Virus record (IMG/VR): IMGVR_UViG_2818991472_000001 | Location: 91,260-155,259 of that record | DNA from: a virus | Taxonomy: Duplodnaviria; Caudoviricetes | Direction: 5' to 3' (one strand) | Length of the DNA: 64,000 nt | In this document: positions 18,325 to 27,314 of the stretch, one piece after another | How the letters are laid out: the number at the start of each line of letters is the position of its first letter | How positions within the stretch are numbered: the first letter of the stretch is position 1 | The notes under the pieces: generated by a model | What the model saw: the letters and a program-made list of their open reading frames with translations, nothing else | Told to the model about the DNA's origin: nothing | Database searches by the model: none | Made by a program: the position numbers and the translations under genes

Positions 18325-19419
18325 GTGACCGCCACCGAGATCGTCGACGCCGAGCTGGTCGACGAGCAGCCGCCCGAGGCTCCGCCGCTGCGCGGGACCT
18401 CCCTCGTCGTCGCCGACGGCCGGGCTGGAACGCGCCCGGGTCTGTCCGACGCGGCCCGGCGCCGCCTGGAGCAGTCCACCCCGGAGGAGACGCGCCGCGC
18501 CTACCAGCGCGAGTGGAACCGGTTCTTCGCCTGGTGCTGGAAGAACGCCGTCCGGCCGCTGCCGTGCACCGACGACGACCTGTCCAACTGGGTGGCCGAG
18601 CGGTGTGATAGCAGCGACGGCATCTCCGCGATCCGGCAGGGCATCGGCGCCGTGGTGATGGCGCACGAGACCCGCTACGGAGTCGGCAAGGGGCCCAAGA
18701 CGAAGGAGAGTTGGCGCATCCTCTCCTCCTACAAGCGCGAGCGGTTCGACGCCGGGCACCGCGCCGACCAGGCCGCCACCTTCAACGCCGACCAGCTGCG
18801 CGAGATGCTGCTCACCATCCCGAACGACCACCCGGCCGGGGTCCGCGACCGGGCCCTGCTGTGCACCATGGTGGCGTCCATGAACCGGCGCAAAGCCTGG
18901 AACTCCCTGGACATCGAAGACGTGACCGAGGACGAGCTGGACCCCGAGTCGGCCGACCAGGAGCTGCTGGCCGACCTGCGGGCGTTCGTCGGCCGTTCCA
19001 AGACCGACCAGGCCGCCCGGGGGCGCACGGTCGTGATCCCGCCCGGCGAGCACGAGCTGTCGGACCCGGTGGGGAACCTGCAGGCGTGGCTGTGCGAGAT
19101 GGGCGTCCAGGGCGTCACCACCGGCCCGCTGTGGCGGCCTTTCAGCCGGGGCGGGCGCATCCTCGACCGGCGCCTGAACACCGACCACGCCCGCCTCCTG
19201 GTCCGCGACGCCGCTGCCCGCGCTGGGCTCAAGGCCCCGCACGGGCGCACGTTCAAGGCCCACTCCACCCGGGCCTCCGCCGTCCGCATCGCCCGCAAGG
19301 CTGGGAAGACCTGGTCGTCGATCGAGGAGCAGGGCGGCTGGGTGCCCGGCTCCACGGCTGCCAAGGGATACGACCGGCCGGAGGAGGAGGAGAACGCGAT
19401 GCGCGGAGCGGGCCTGTGA
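18325..19419 (+). CDS. Cre-like tyrosine recombinase/resolvase
   Basis: TRRAYQREW..F..WC, GVRDRALL...RR, RSKTDQ, AHSTRAS, QGGW...Y. Confidence 0.9.
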   Translation: MTATEIVDAELVDEQPPEAPPLRGTSLVVADGRAGTRPGLSDAARRRLEQSTPEETRRAYQREWNRFFAWCWKNAVRPLPCTDDDLSNWVAERCDSSDGISAIRQGIGAVVMAHETRYGVGKGPKTKESWRILSSYKRERFDAGHRADQAATFNADQLREMLLTIPNDHPAGVRDRALLCTMVASMNRRKAWNSLDIEDVTEDELDPESADQELLADLRAFVGRSKTDQAARGRTVVIPPGEHELSDPVGNLQAWLCEMGVQGVTTGPLWRPFSRGGRILDRRLNTDHARLLVRDAAARAGLKAPHGRTFKAHSTRASAVRIARKAGKTWSSIEEQGGWVPGSTAAKGYDRPEEEENAMRGAGL

Positions 19420-19441
19420 CCCGCCCCGCGCACCCGGCGCC

Positions 19442-19906
19442 CTACCGGAACCGCACCGTGGGCACCCGCCGGGCCGAGGCCATCCACCCTGAGTGGGTGT
19501 TGATCGCCTCCAGCATCTCCTCCGTCGTCGGGTGCCGGAGGTGGGGCAGCCAGACCACCACCAGCTGCGCCCGACCTCGGGCGAGGTCCCACCACAGGGC
19601 CGGGGGCTCGTCCAGCTCCATGATCACCTCCACGGCGCCCGGCTCCCCCGGCTTGTCGAACGCCAAGGTGACGGCGCCGGTGCCGTCGTCCCAGAAGCAC
19701 CATGGCGACGTCATCGGGGCCTCCTGGTCGAGCGGAGTCAGCGAGGCGTAGGAGGGGAAGGTGTCGATCTCGGCCTGGCCTGCTCCGCCGTACGGTGCGA
19801 GCACGACGGCGGCCATCAGGGCATCGCCGACGGGGAAGGCGGTCGGCTGGGCCAACAGCCGTGGAATGGACGGGACTTGCTGATCCTCGGTGCGCGGGGT
19901 GTGCAT
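19442..19906 (-). CDS. hypothetical protein
   Basis: MHTPRTEDQQ...; follows 19912..20388. Confidence 0.6.
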   Translation of the reverse strand: MHTPRTEDQQVPSIPRLLAQPTAFPVGDALMAAVVLAPYGGAGQAEIDTFPSYASLTPLDQEAPMTSPWCFWDDGTGAVTLAFDKPGEPGAVEVIMELDEPPALWWDLARGRAQLVVVWLPHLRHPTTEEMLEAINTHSGWMASARRVPTVRFR

Positions 19907-19911
19907 CGCGG

Positions 19912-20388
19912 TCACCGGTTGGTGGGGAGGACGAGGTTGACCCACTCCTGGGCGTTGCCGGGCTCGAACTGGCTCCAGTCCTTCCCCGGGGCGGGCGTCC
20001 ACCCGGCCACCTGCTCGTAGCCGGAGTGGCGGCTGGGGAGGACCATGTAGCCGTGCTCGATGAGCCGGTGCCCGGCGGAGGCCGGGCGGAAGTCGTCCCA
20101 GTCGTAGGTCAGGTGCACGAGGTCGGCTCCGCCCTTGGGGTCGAGGACGCGGAGGGTGAACGGCCCGGTGGTGTCGGCGCTGCAGACGGCGGTCAGCGCG
20201 ACGGCCCGCTCCCGGGCCTGGATCGCGGCGATCCGCTCCGGCGACCCGGTCGGCATCGCGGCGATCTCTTCGTCGGAGAGCAGCTCTTCGGCGGGCTCGG
20301 CGGGCAGGAGGGCGGTGGTGAACTTGGCCCCGGATTGGGCGGCTTGGCGGGCCCGGCGGCTGGCGGTCGACTGGTGCTTCGGCGACAC
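19912..20388 (-). CDS. hypothetical protein with basic N-terminal helix (RRARQAAQSGAKFTTAL)
   Basis: GTG after AAGGAG RBS. Confidence 0.7.
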   Translation of the reverse strand: MSPKHQSTASRRARQAAQSGAKFTTALLPAEPAEELLSDEEIAAMPTGSPERIAAIQARERAVALTAVCSADTTGPFTLRVLDPKGGADLVHLTYDWDDFRPASAGHRLIEHGYMVLPSRHSGYEQVAGWTPAPGKDWSQFEPGNAQEWVNLVLPTNR

Positions 20389-20399
20389 GGTGCGCTCCT

Positions 20400-20555
20400 T
20401 GACGCGGCGGACCCCACACCTCCGCCGGATCGGATGCACGTCGGCACGATTCCAGTGGACGCATTCGCTCTGCACGGGCCCCGGGAGACCTTCACCGAAG
20501 CGGTCGGCGATGTGGGCGCCGACCACGGCTCACGGCGTGCGTGGCTTGCCGCGTG
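20400..20555 (-). ncRNA. candidate structured 5' leader with complementary hairpin loops
   Basis: hairpins at 20502..20524 (loop CCCACAU) and 20406..20426 (loop GGUGUGGGG); TACACT -10 at 20561..20566. Confidence 0.4.
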
Positions 20556-20652
20556 GCGACAGTGTAGCGGTGCCGTCACTGACTGTCTACCACTTCCGGG
20601 CGCCACTGTGCCCCGGGCCCTGCTGTTCAGGGTCCGGGGCACGGGCTGGCCG

Positions 20653-20934
20653 TTAGTCCTGGGGCGCTGGGGTCGCCCAGGCCGGGGTCGAGGACTGCGG
20701 GTCAAGGTCGAACTCGCCGTCGCGGGCGCCGAGGACGAAGGCCCTCCACTCGTTGGGCGTGTAGGTGAGGGTCGGGCCGTCCGGGTTGCGGCCGTCCCGC
20801 ATGACGATGTAGCCCTCGACGAAGGCGATCTGGATGATCCCCTCGGGGTCAGCGGAGATCCATTCGGCCCCGGTGAGGTCCAGGACGGGCTTCCCGTTGG
20901 ACGGCAGGTCGGGTCCAGCGCTTTCGTCGGTCAT
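20653..20934 (-). CDS. DUF397 protein, BldB-like subgroup
   Basis: LDLTGAEW...QIAFVEGYIVMRD...YTPNEWRAFVLGARDGEFD. Confidence 0.85.
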   Translation of the reverse strand: MTDESAGPDLPSNGKPVLDLTGAEWISADPEGIIQIAFVEGYIVMRDGRNPDGPTLTYTPNEWRAFVLGARDGEFDLDPQSSTPAWATPAPQD

Positions 20935-21020
20935 GGGGTGGGTGGGTGCCCTTCTGGTTGCGGTTCGTGGATCAGCGTACCGCTGGGAGCCGACGCCGGT
21001 GGGCGGGTTGGACGAGCTGG

Positions 21021-21971
21021 TCAGCGGGGGCTGGCGGTAGCGGCCACGGCGTCCCAGAAGTCGTTCATCCGGAAGTGGAAGAGGCCCATGCCGTGGTCGG
21101 TCCAGCTCCCGATCGGCTTGGTGATGATCTCGACGCCCTCCAGGGTCTCGGGGATGTAGCCGTTGCCCCAGCCGAAGTCGATGCGGGGGCGGCGGATGCC
21201 GTCGGGGTTGCCCTGGTCGGTGCGGATCAGGCTGGCGGTGCCCTGCAGCTCCTGGCCGAGGTGCTTGTGGGCGTGCAGGGCGAGGTCGGTGAACCCGGCC
21301 CGGGTCATGACGTCCCAGGGGCCGGTGTCGTGGCGGCCGTCGGCGGTGGTGCGGTTGGCCCGGAACGGCAGGTCGGTCACCACGTCCCAGTCCGGCAGGG
21401 TGGCGCGGTCGGCTTCGTCGCCGCTGTAGGAGTTCTGGTCGCCGAACCACAGGCAGGGGTAGGTGGTCTGGACGCGCTCGCCGAAGCGGTCGTCCGGGTC
21501 CTTGGGCCGCTGCTCGTTCTTGCCCCACTTGACCATCATGAGGGCCTCGCGGCGGCGCCACTCGGCGTCGTTCGAGCACAGGTGGTAGGAGGCGAGGTTG
21601 AGTTCGGGGCTGGCCTCGGTCCCGGCCCGGACGGTCTTGATCTGGCAGGCCGGGTGCCACCAGCCGGTCTCCTGCGGGTAGTCGGCGACCACGCGCAGCA
21701 GCTGCTCGTTGACGAAGATCCCGGGGGCGTTGGGGCTCTCCCGGGTGCTGGAGGCGGCGATGTAGCCGGTCATGCCGAGGGCGTGCCCGGCGGCGAAGAG
21801 CAGGCGCTTGCCGTTGGCGCGGGAGTGGGTCAGCTCCTGCCGGGCGATGGCGGCGATGCGGTACTTCCGCGTGAGCATGGCCAGGTAGGCGTGGGCCTCG
21901 CGCCAGTGCGCGGAGTTCTCGCCGCCGAAGTCGTGCTCACCGTTGAGGTTCACGAACGTGATCAAGGACAA
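21021..21971 (-). CDS. endonuclease/exonuclease/phosphatase (EEP) family protein
   Basis: TFVNL, RQE, SYHL, FGDQNS, GFTD, RIDF, TDH. Confidence 0.8.
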   Translation of the reverse strand: MSLITFVNLNGEHDFGGENSAHWREAHAYLAMLTRKYRIAAIARQELTHSRANGKRLLFAAGHALGMTGYIAASSTRESPNAPGIFVNEQLLRVVADYPQETGWWHPACQIKTVRAGTEASPELNLASYHLCSNDAEWRRREALMMVKWGKNEQRPKDPDDRFGERVQTTYPCLWFGDQNSYSGDEADRATLPDWDVVTDLPFRANRTTADGRHDTGPWDVMTRAGFTDLALHAHKHLGQELQGTASLIRTDQGNPDGIRRPRIDFGWGNGYIPETLEGVEIITKPIGSWTDHGMGLFHFRMNDFWDAVAATASPR

Positions 21972-22098
21972 GGTCAGGCCCCTCTTGGAGGTGAATCCCG
22001 GTGTGGTGGCCCTGTCCCGGCCGAACAGCTGAAGGTGATTTTCTGACCGATCAACCAGCTACTGTCATGGCTCGGCCGGGGCAGGGAGTCTCGGGTTC

Positions 22099-22138
22099 GT
22101 CGGAGGCCCGGGGGTTTCCGGCGCCTCGGGCCTCCGAC
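22099..22138. terminator. hairpin downstream of the radical SAM operon
   Basis: GTCGGAGGCCCG...CGGGCCTCCGAC. Confidence 0.5.
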
Positions 22139-22307
22139 AGGCGGGTGGGGGGAACCGCCTTGGTCCGCACGCGAGACCTACCGGGGAGCTGGGGTCTCAA
22201 GCGGTGCGGGCCGCCCCGTGCGGCAACCTGCGCGGGGCGTTCGTGGGTGGTGTGGGTGCCCCTTCCCGGCTGGGGCTGGTACTGCTACTACCGGGCCGGT
22301 CCGGCGG

Positions 22308-22631
22308 CTACTGGATGGCGCGGGCTCGTGCGGCGACCCCTTCCAGGTGCTCCTGGAAGATCTTGGGTGCGTCGGGGCCCGCGAGGGTGTACAGCGCGAC
22401 CATCCCGGTGAGGATGGTGTCGCCGATCTCCTTCTTGACGTCCTCCCACGTGTGGGTGATGCCCTTGCGGGGGTTTTGACCGAGGACTCCGCTGACGGCC
22501 TCGTGGACCTCGCCCACCTCCTCCCCGATCTTCATGATGCGGAGGAGGCGTTCCGTCTCGGGCGGCAGGGTGCTCTTGCCGTCGAGCCAGGCGACGAGAT
22601 CGCCGATGTGGTCCCAGGTCTGCTGTTCCAT
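22308..22631 (-). CDS. MazG-like NTP pyrophosphohydrolase
   Basis: KIGEEVGEVHEA...GQNPRKG...KEIGD (ExxE...ExxD). Confidence 0.85.
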   Translation of the reverse strand: MEQQTWDHIGDLVAWLDGKSTLPPETERLLRIMKIGEEVGEVHEAVSGVLGQNPRKGITHTWEDVKKEIGDTILTGMVALYTLAGPDAPKIFQEHLEGVAARARAIQ

Positions 22632-22665
22632 GCGTTGCGTCCGCTTCGGGTCGGGGCGCCGTCGC

Positions 22666-23508
22666 TCAGAACAGGGTGGTCTCCGGTTCGGGCTCCGGCG
22701 TGCTGGTCGGGTCGGAGACCGTGAGGTGCTGGTCCCCGGTCACGTCCACGCGCAGGGTCAGGCCCGAGTGGTCGGTGAGGTTTTTCTCGGTGCGGGGCTC
22801 GTGGACGTACGCACAGGAGTGTACGAGGCCGAGCAGGGGGGTGGAGACGAATGCGTGGTCGTAGCGGTAGCCGTCGTTGGTCCGTCCCACCCAGGAGTAC
22901 TCCTGGGCGCCGGGGTGCACGTGCCGGAAGGCGTCGTGGTAGCCGGTCTTGCCGAACCAGCGGTAGTAGTCGTACTCGAAGGGGCGGAAGATCGGGTAGC
23001 GGGGGCGGTGGTCGGGTTCCAGGATGTTGAGGTCGCCCATCACGATCCTGGGGGTGCCGGTGCCCTCGGGGGTGCGGTCCTGGCACTCGGCGATGAAGCG
23101 GGCCTTGCGCTCGGTCTTGGCGGCGGTGGCGTCCCTGGAGGGGACGTAGAGGCCGAGGATCTCCAGCGGGCCGTCGGTGGTGTGCACGGCGGTGGAGACG
23201 GCCCGGTAGGGCAGGTAGTCGAGCGTGACGGGCTGGTGCGCGGCGAGCCGGAGCCGGGAGACGATCATGACGCCGCGCTCGCCCTTGTCGGGAACGGGGT
23301 AGGCCACCTCGTAGCCTGCGCTCCGGAAGCGGTCGGCCAGGTAGGCGCAGCCGGGTCCGGGGGTGGTCTCGGTGAGGACGAAGACGTCCTCGGGGCGCTG
23401 GGCCAGCCAGGCGAGCTGGCGCTGTGCACGCTCCAGCGCCGGGCCGCCGATGTTGAAGGTGAGAAAGCTCAGGCCGGGTCGGGCCGGTGTCGCTGCCTCA
23501 GTTGCCAC
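22666..23508 (-). CDS. EEP/exonuclease III-like protein
   Basis: LTFNI, VLTET, GLYVPS, MGDLN, YDHAF, TDHS. Confidence 0.85.
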   Translation of the reverse strand: MATEAATPARPGLSFLTFNIGGPALERAQRQLAWLAQRPEDVFVLTETTPGPGCAYLADRFRSAGYEVAYPVPDKGERGVMIVSRLRLAAHQPVTLDYLPYRAVSTAVHTTDGPLEILGLYVPSRDATAAKTERKARFIAECQDRTPEGTGTPRIVMGDLNILEPDHRPRYPIFRPFEYDYYRWFGKTGYHDAFRHVHPGAQEYSWVGRTNDGYRYDHAFVSTPLLGLVHSCAYVHEPRTEKNLTDHSGLTLRVDVTGDQHLTVSDPTSTPEPEPETTLF

Positions 23509-24127
23509 TGGTTCCCCTCCGCAGGGTGCCGATCCTGGAGACGATGATGTCGGCGACCCGCTCAGGGCTGCGGTTGGTGCAGTCGATGATCAGGGTGGGG
23601 TAGCCGACCTTTTCCAGGAAGGTAGCGGCTTCCTCATAGAGGGCGGCTTCCTTACGGCTGCTTCCGGGCATCTTCTCGAAGCGGCTGTGGGTGCCCCGGG
23701 CGGTCAGCCGGGCGTGGATGACCTCGGGGTCGGCGGTGAGCACGACGGTCAGGTCCGGGGTGATGGCGTGCTGGTTGATGGCCCAGATCGTCGTGGGGTC
23801 GATGCCGTCGAGCCGCTGCAGCACCAGGGAGGAGCCCACGTAGCGGTCGCACAGGACGGTGTCGCCGCGTTCGAGGGCGGGGGTGATCTCGGTGGCGATG
23901 TGGTGGTAACGGTCGGCGGCGACGAGGCAGGCCAGCGACATGCCGGTGTAGGTCTCGGTGCCGTGCCGGGCGATCTCGCCGAGGTTGGCCCGGGAGGGTT
24001 CGGTGGTGGCGTGGACTGCCGTTCCGGCTGTGGTCAGGAGGTGGCCGACGGCGGCGACGGTGGTGGACTTGCCGACGCCGCCGGGGCCGTCGAAGGCGAC
24101 AAACAGGCCGCGCTCGGTGTCGCTCAC
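23498..24127 (-). CDS. tmk: thymidylate kinase-like protein
   Basis: FVAFDGPGGVGKST, TTEPS, AADR, VLCDRY..SS, PDL. Confidence 0.85.
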   Translation of the reverse strand: MSDTERGLFVAFDGPGGVGKSTTVAAVGHLLTTAGTAVHATTEPSRANLGEIARHGTETYTGMSLACLVAADRYHHIATEITPALERGDTVLCDRYVGSSLVLQRLDGIDPTTIWAINQHAITPDLTVVLTADPEVIHARLTARGTHSRFEKMPGSSRKEAALYEEAATFLEKVGYPTLIIDCTNRSPERVADIIVSRIGTLRRGTSGN

Positions 24128-25242
24128 GAGACGGCCACCACGGGCAGCAGGGCGCGCTTGTTCGGGGCGACGGGGCACATCTCGGCGTCGAGGGCGCCGA
24201 TGCGCTCCCCGGCGGCGACCACGGCGGCCGGGCATCCCTTGCCGCAGCCGTCTGCCATCGAGCAGCTGCCGCAGGTGGGGTTGGCTCCGACGGTGTACCG
24301 CTCGTGGAAGTTGTAGGCGTCCAGGCGGTCGGCGATGTCGGTGTCGGTGAAGATGTTGCCGACGATGAACTCGGTGTCGGCGTGCTGGGAATTCGGGGTC
24401 CGGGCGGCGAAGACGAGGTAGGGGCAGACGGTGACCTCGCCCGGGGCGAAGACGTAGATGATCGTCCCGGCCTCGCAGTTCGCGAGGGGTTTGGTGTCGT
24501 TGGGGAAGCGGATGTGGACCAGGTCGAGCTGGTCGCTGGCGAACGGGGAGGTGAGGTCGTGGATGTGCCGCATGTGGTCGTCCGACCGGGCGAGCTTGTT
24601 CTTGCTCTTGACGCCGCGCCCCATGCTGGAGAGCGGGTTCATCAGGACGTAGGAGGCGCCCTGCTCGCTGGCGAAGGCGCACAGCTGGGCGTACTCCTCG
24701 TCCTCGGCAAGGTTGTTCGGGGTGCAGAGCAGGCCCTGCAGGAGCCCGGCCTGGGCCAGCCGCTTCACCGTCTCCACGGTGGTGTAGAACGACTCGCGGT
24801 CGCCCCGGAACTTGCCGTGGGAGTCGGCGGCGAAGCCGTCCAGGCTGACGTTCACGTGGATGTCGCCCATCTTGGCCAGGGCCGTGATGTGGTCGTCCGT
24901 GATCAGGGTGGCGTTGGTGCACAGTCCCACGCCCATGCCCGCGTCGCGGAAGGCGGCGGTGACGGCGAGGAAGTCGGGGTGCAGGAACGGCTCTCCGCCG
25001 GTGAGGGTCACCCGGGTGACCCGGGCCGCCTTCAGCTGGGGGATGACCTTGGTCCGGATGTCCTCCAGCGGCATCGTCACGCCGGTCTTGAGGGCGCTGA
25101 CGAAGCAGTGGGCGCAGCCGAGGTTGCAGGGCTCGTTGATTTGGACGAGCGCCTTGCGGTAGGGCTCCACGACGGAGGTCCGGAAGTAGCAGGACACGGC
25201 CTGCTCGTCCGTCATGATCCGGCGTGCTGTCTTCTCGCTCAT
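24124..25242 (-). CDS. radical SAM/SPASM domain protein
   Basis: CNLGCAHC, TGGEP, VSLDG; SPASM CEAG...CPY...CGSC...CGKGC...C. Confidence 0.9.
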   Translation of the reverse strand: MSEKTARRIMTDEQAVSCYFRTSVVEPYRKALVQINEPCNLGCAHCFVSALKTGVTMPLEDIRTKVIPQLKAARVTRVTLTGGEPFLHPDFLAVTAAFRDAGMGVGLCTNATLITDDHITALAKMGDIHVNVSLDGFAADSHGKFRGDRESFYTTVETVKRLAQAGLLQGLLCTPNNLAEDEEYAQLCAFASEQGASYVLMNPLSSMGRGVKSKNKLARSDDHMRHIHDLTSPFASDQLDLVHIRFPNDTKPLANCEAGTIIYVFAPGEVTVCPYLVFAARTPNSQHADTEFIVGNIFTDTDIADRLDAYNFHERYTVGANPTCGSCSMADGCGKGCPAAVVAAGERIGALDAEMCPVAPNKRALLPVVAVS

Positions 25243-25478
25243 GGGTGTCCCCCATCAGGCCGGAGGCACTGCTGCGCCCCGTGGTGGCGGGGCGTCTCGG
25301 TGCTTGGGCCGTGCGTCGAGGTGGTCAGCGGGGACCGGGCCCGTCTGGCGCCCGGTTGCTTGCGGTGACCACTTCATCACTGGATCAACCATCCTGACAA
25401 GAAGGCGAGTTGAATAAATGTCAGTTACTTACGACTGGCATGTGCTGCTGGCATGTTTCCGCAGCTCGCCGGACAAGT

Positions 25479-25520
25479 TAGTGAACTGGGTTGCGCATAC
25501 TCAATCGAGTGCACTACTGT
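25479..25520 (+). promoter_or_regulatory. operator/promoter motif B, copy 2
   Basis: TAGTGAACT-GGG-TTGCGC-N18-TACTGT. Confidence 0.65.
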
Positions 25521-25558
25521 CGTCCATGTCGCCAACCACCACGAACGGGAAGCAGGCC

Positions 25559-26323
25559 ATGTCCAAGACTCCGCAGCTCGTCGGCATCACCACCCCCGTC
25601 AAGATCACCCTCACGATCGACGACTGGGAGGGCACCTACGGCACCGAGCGCAACAAGGCCGAGATCACCCAGCAGCTCGCCTCCCTCACCGTGGAGACCA
25701 TGCTGAGCACCAACCTCCGCACCGAGCTGTGCGCCCTGATCGGGCAGACCGGCCACATCAGGACCGACGTGCTCCCCCCGAGCAACACCCTCGAAGCCCA
25801 GTTCGACATCGCCACCATCGTGGACACCACGATCTGGGAGTCCACCTACGGCTCCGACGAAGATGCCCAGCAGATCGCCGACGACGTCGCCAACCGCGTC
25901 CAGGAGTACGCCGCCGAGGCCCTCAAGCAGCGCGGCATCACCGCCCAGGTCGAGCTGCGAGCCACCCCCACCGTCATCGACGCCACCGGCGACTACACCA
26001 CCCTCTACCTGGTCTTCGCGCCGCGCGAGAACCCCTTCCTGGCCACCACCACCGGCGGCCTGCAGAACTTCGCCGCCCGCCTCGACGACGACGCCTGGCT
26101 GCGCCCCCTGGACTCCCAGATCGGCGAGTTCGTCGACTACTGGAACCGCCGGGAGCCGGAGGCGGCGCTGTGGGCCGTCACCACGGAGACCGAGAAGCTG
26201 CTGCCCGCGTCCGGCACCGAGCCCAACCTTCACGGCCGCACCCCGGTGATCTTCCGGCGCGACCAGATCAAGCCCCTGCTCGCCGTCCTCGCCTCCCCCC
26301 AGAACCAGAACCTGGGAAACTGA
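25559..26323 (+). CDS. hypothetical protein with internal repeat
   Basis: DDWEGTYG...EITQQLA versus TIWESTYG...QIADDVA. Confidence 0.7.
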   Translation: MSKTPQLVGITTPVKITLTIDDWEGTYGTERNKAEITQQLASLTVETMLSTNLRTELCALIGQTGHIRTDVLPPSNTLEAQFDIATIVDTTIWESTYGSDEDAQQIADDVANRVQEYAAEALKQRGITAQVELRATPTVIDATGDYTTLYLVFAPRENPFLATTTGGLQNFAARLDDDAWLRPLDSQIGEFVDYWNRREPEAALWAVTTETEKLLPASGTEPNLHGRTPVIFRRDQIKPLLAVLASPQNQNLGN

Positions 26324-26351
26324 CCCGTCCTCACCGACACCGGGAGACGCC

Positions 26352-26759
26352 GTGCACCAGCTCCACCCCCGCGAGCACCCGTGGGGTGACATCCGCCTCG
26401 ACCACAACGGCGAGGCGACGTTCCTGACCGCCGAGCGCTCCACCGACCCGGACTGCCTCTTCGTCCACCTCAAGGTCGCCGACTGCCCGCCGGACCACCA
26501 GCTCCTCGACAAGGAGGAGCAGGACGCCGGAGCGGTGCTGTTCCACATCACCGTCAGCATCCGGCTCCCCCGCGCGGACACGATCGTCCTGGCGCAGTAC
26601 GAGGGCGGCCCGATCGTTCCCCGCGACATGGCAGCGTTCGAGTCCGCCAAGTACATGCGCGACGAGATCAACAGGGCCGTCTTCACGGCCCGGTTCAACC
26701 TGCGGGCCCTGGCCGCCGTCGCCCACCACCATCCGGTCGCCGCCCAGGGCACCACCTGA
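26352..26759 (+). CDS. hypothetical protein
   Basis: GGGAG RBS; GC3-rich frame. Confidence 0.65.
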   Translation: MHQLHPREHPWGDIRLDHNGEATFLTAERSTDPDCLFVHLKVADCPPDHQLLDKEEQDAGAVLFHITVSIRLPRADTIVLAQYEGGPIVPRDMAAFESAKYMRDEINRAVFTARFNLRALAAVAHHHPVAAQGTT

Positions 26760-26783
26760 CCACGTATCACCTGAAGGAGCGCC

Positions 26784-27203
26784 ATGAGCACCGAGACCAG
26801 CAGTGGCCCCACCGAGTGGCAGCAGAAGCGCCAGGAGGCGCTCGCCGAGCGCGGCCTGGCCGAGGTCGAGCAGTACTCGCGAGCCAGCGACCTCTTCTAC
26901 CCCGACAGCATCCGCCCGGCCCGCCGGGGCCGGATCGAGAACATCATCTCCCTGGGCCCGACCACCGGCGACACCTACATCGCCGAGCTGGTGGAGAAGT
27001 TCAACGGCGAGAACCGCACGTGGTTCGCGGTCGTCATCGACGGCAAGAAGGACCCCCAGCGCATGTACACCGCCGACGCGGCCCTGCTGCACTACCTCAG
27101 CCGGAAGCACAACAATCCGGACGCCTCCACCGCCGCCTGGTACGCCGCCCGCGTCCTGGGCATGCCCGACCTCGACCAGGACCCCGCTGCGCCCGCCTCC
27201 TGA
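26784..27203 (+). CDS. hypothetical protein
   Basis: AAGGAG RBS. Confidence 0.75.
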   Translation: MSTETSSGPTEWQQKRQEALAERGLAEVEQYSRASDLFYPDSIRPARRGRIENIISLGPTTGDTYIAELVEKFNGENRTWFAVVIDGKKDPQRMYTADAALLHYLSRKHNNPDASTAAWYAARVLGMPDLDQDPAAPAS

Positions 27204-27216
27204 CACACAACCTGCC

Positions 27217-27248
27217 CGGCCCCGTCGCTCTCCCGAGCGACGGGGCCG
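27217..27248 (+). terminator. terminator-like hairpin
   Basis: 14-bp stem CGGCCCCGTCGCTC/GAGCGACGGGGCCG. Confidence 0.65.
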
Positions 27249-27314
27249 ACGTGTTCAGCAGATAAGCAACTGCCCATCTGTAGGAGTCACCGTTCCATGT
27301 CTACACTGCGGAGT

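Noticed and set aside
24124-25242. Prokaryotic viperin
   Set aside because: The kinase neighbour is suggestive, but the C-terminal SPASM cysteines do not fit viperin; kept as an unassigned radical SAM enzyme.
25255-25377. 40-aa ORF as a RiPP precursor for the radical SAM enzyme
   Set aside because: No clear RBS or precursor features, and the operon context is nucleotide metabolism; not listed as a feature.
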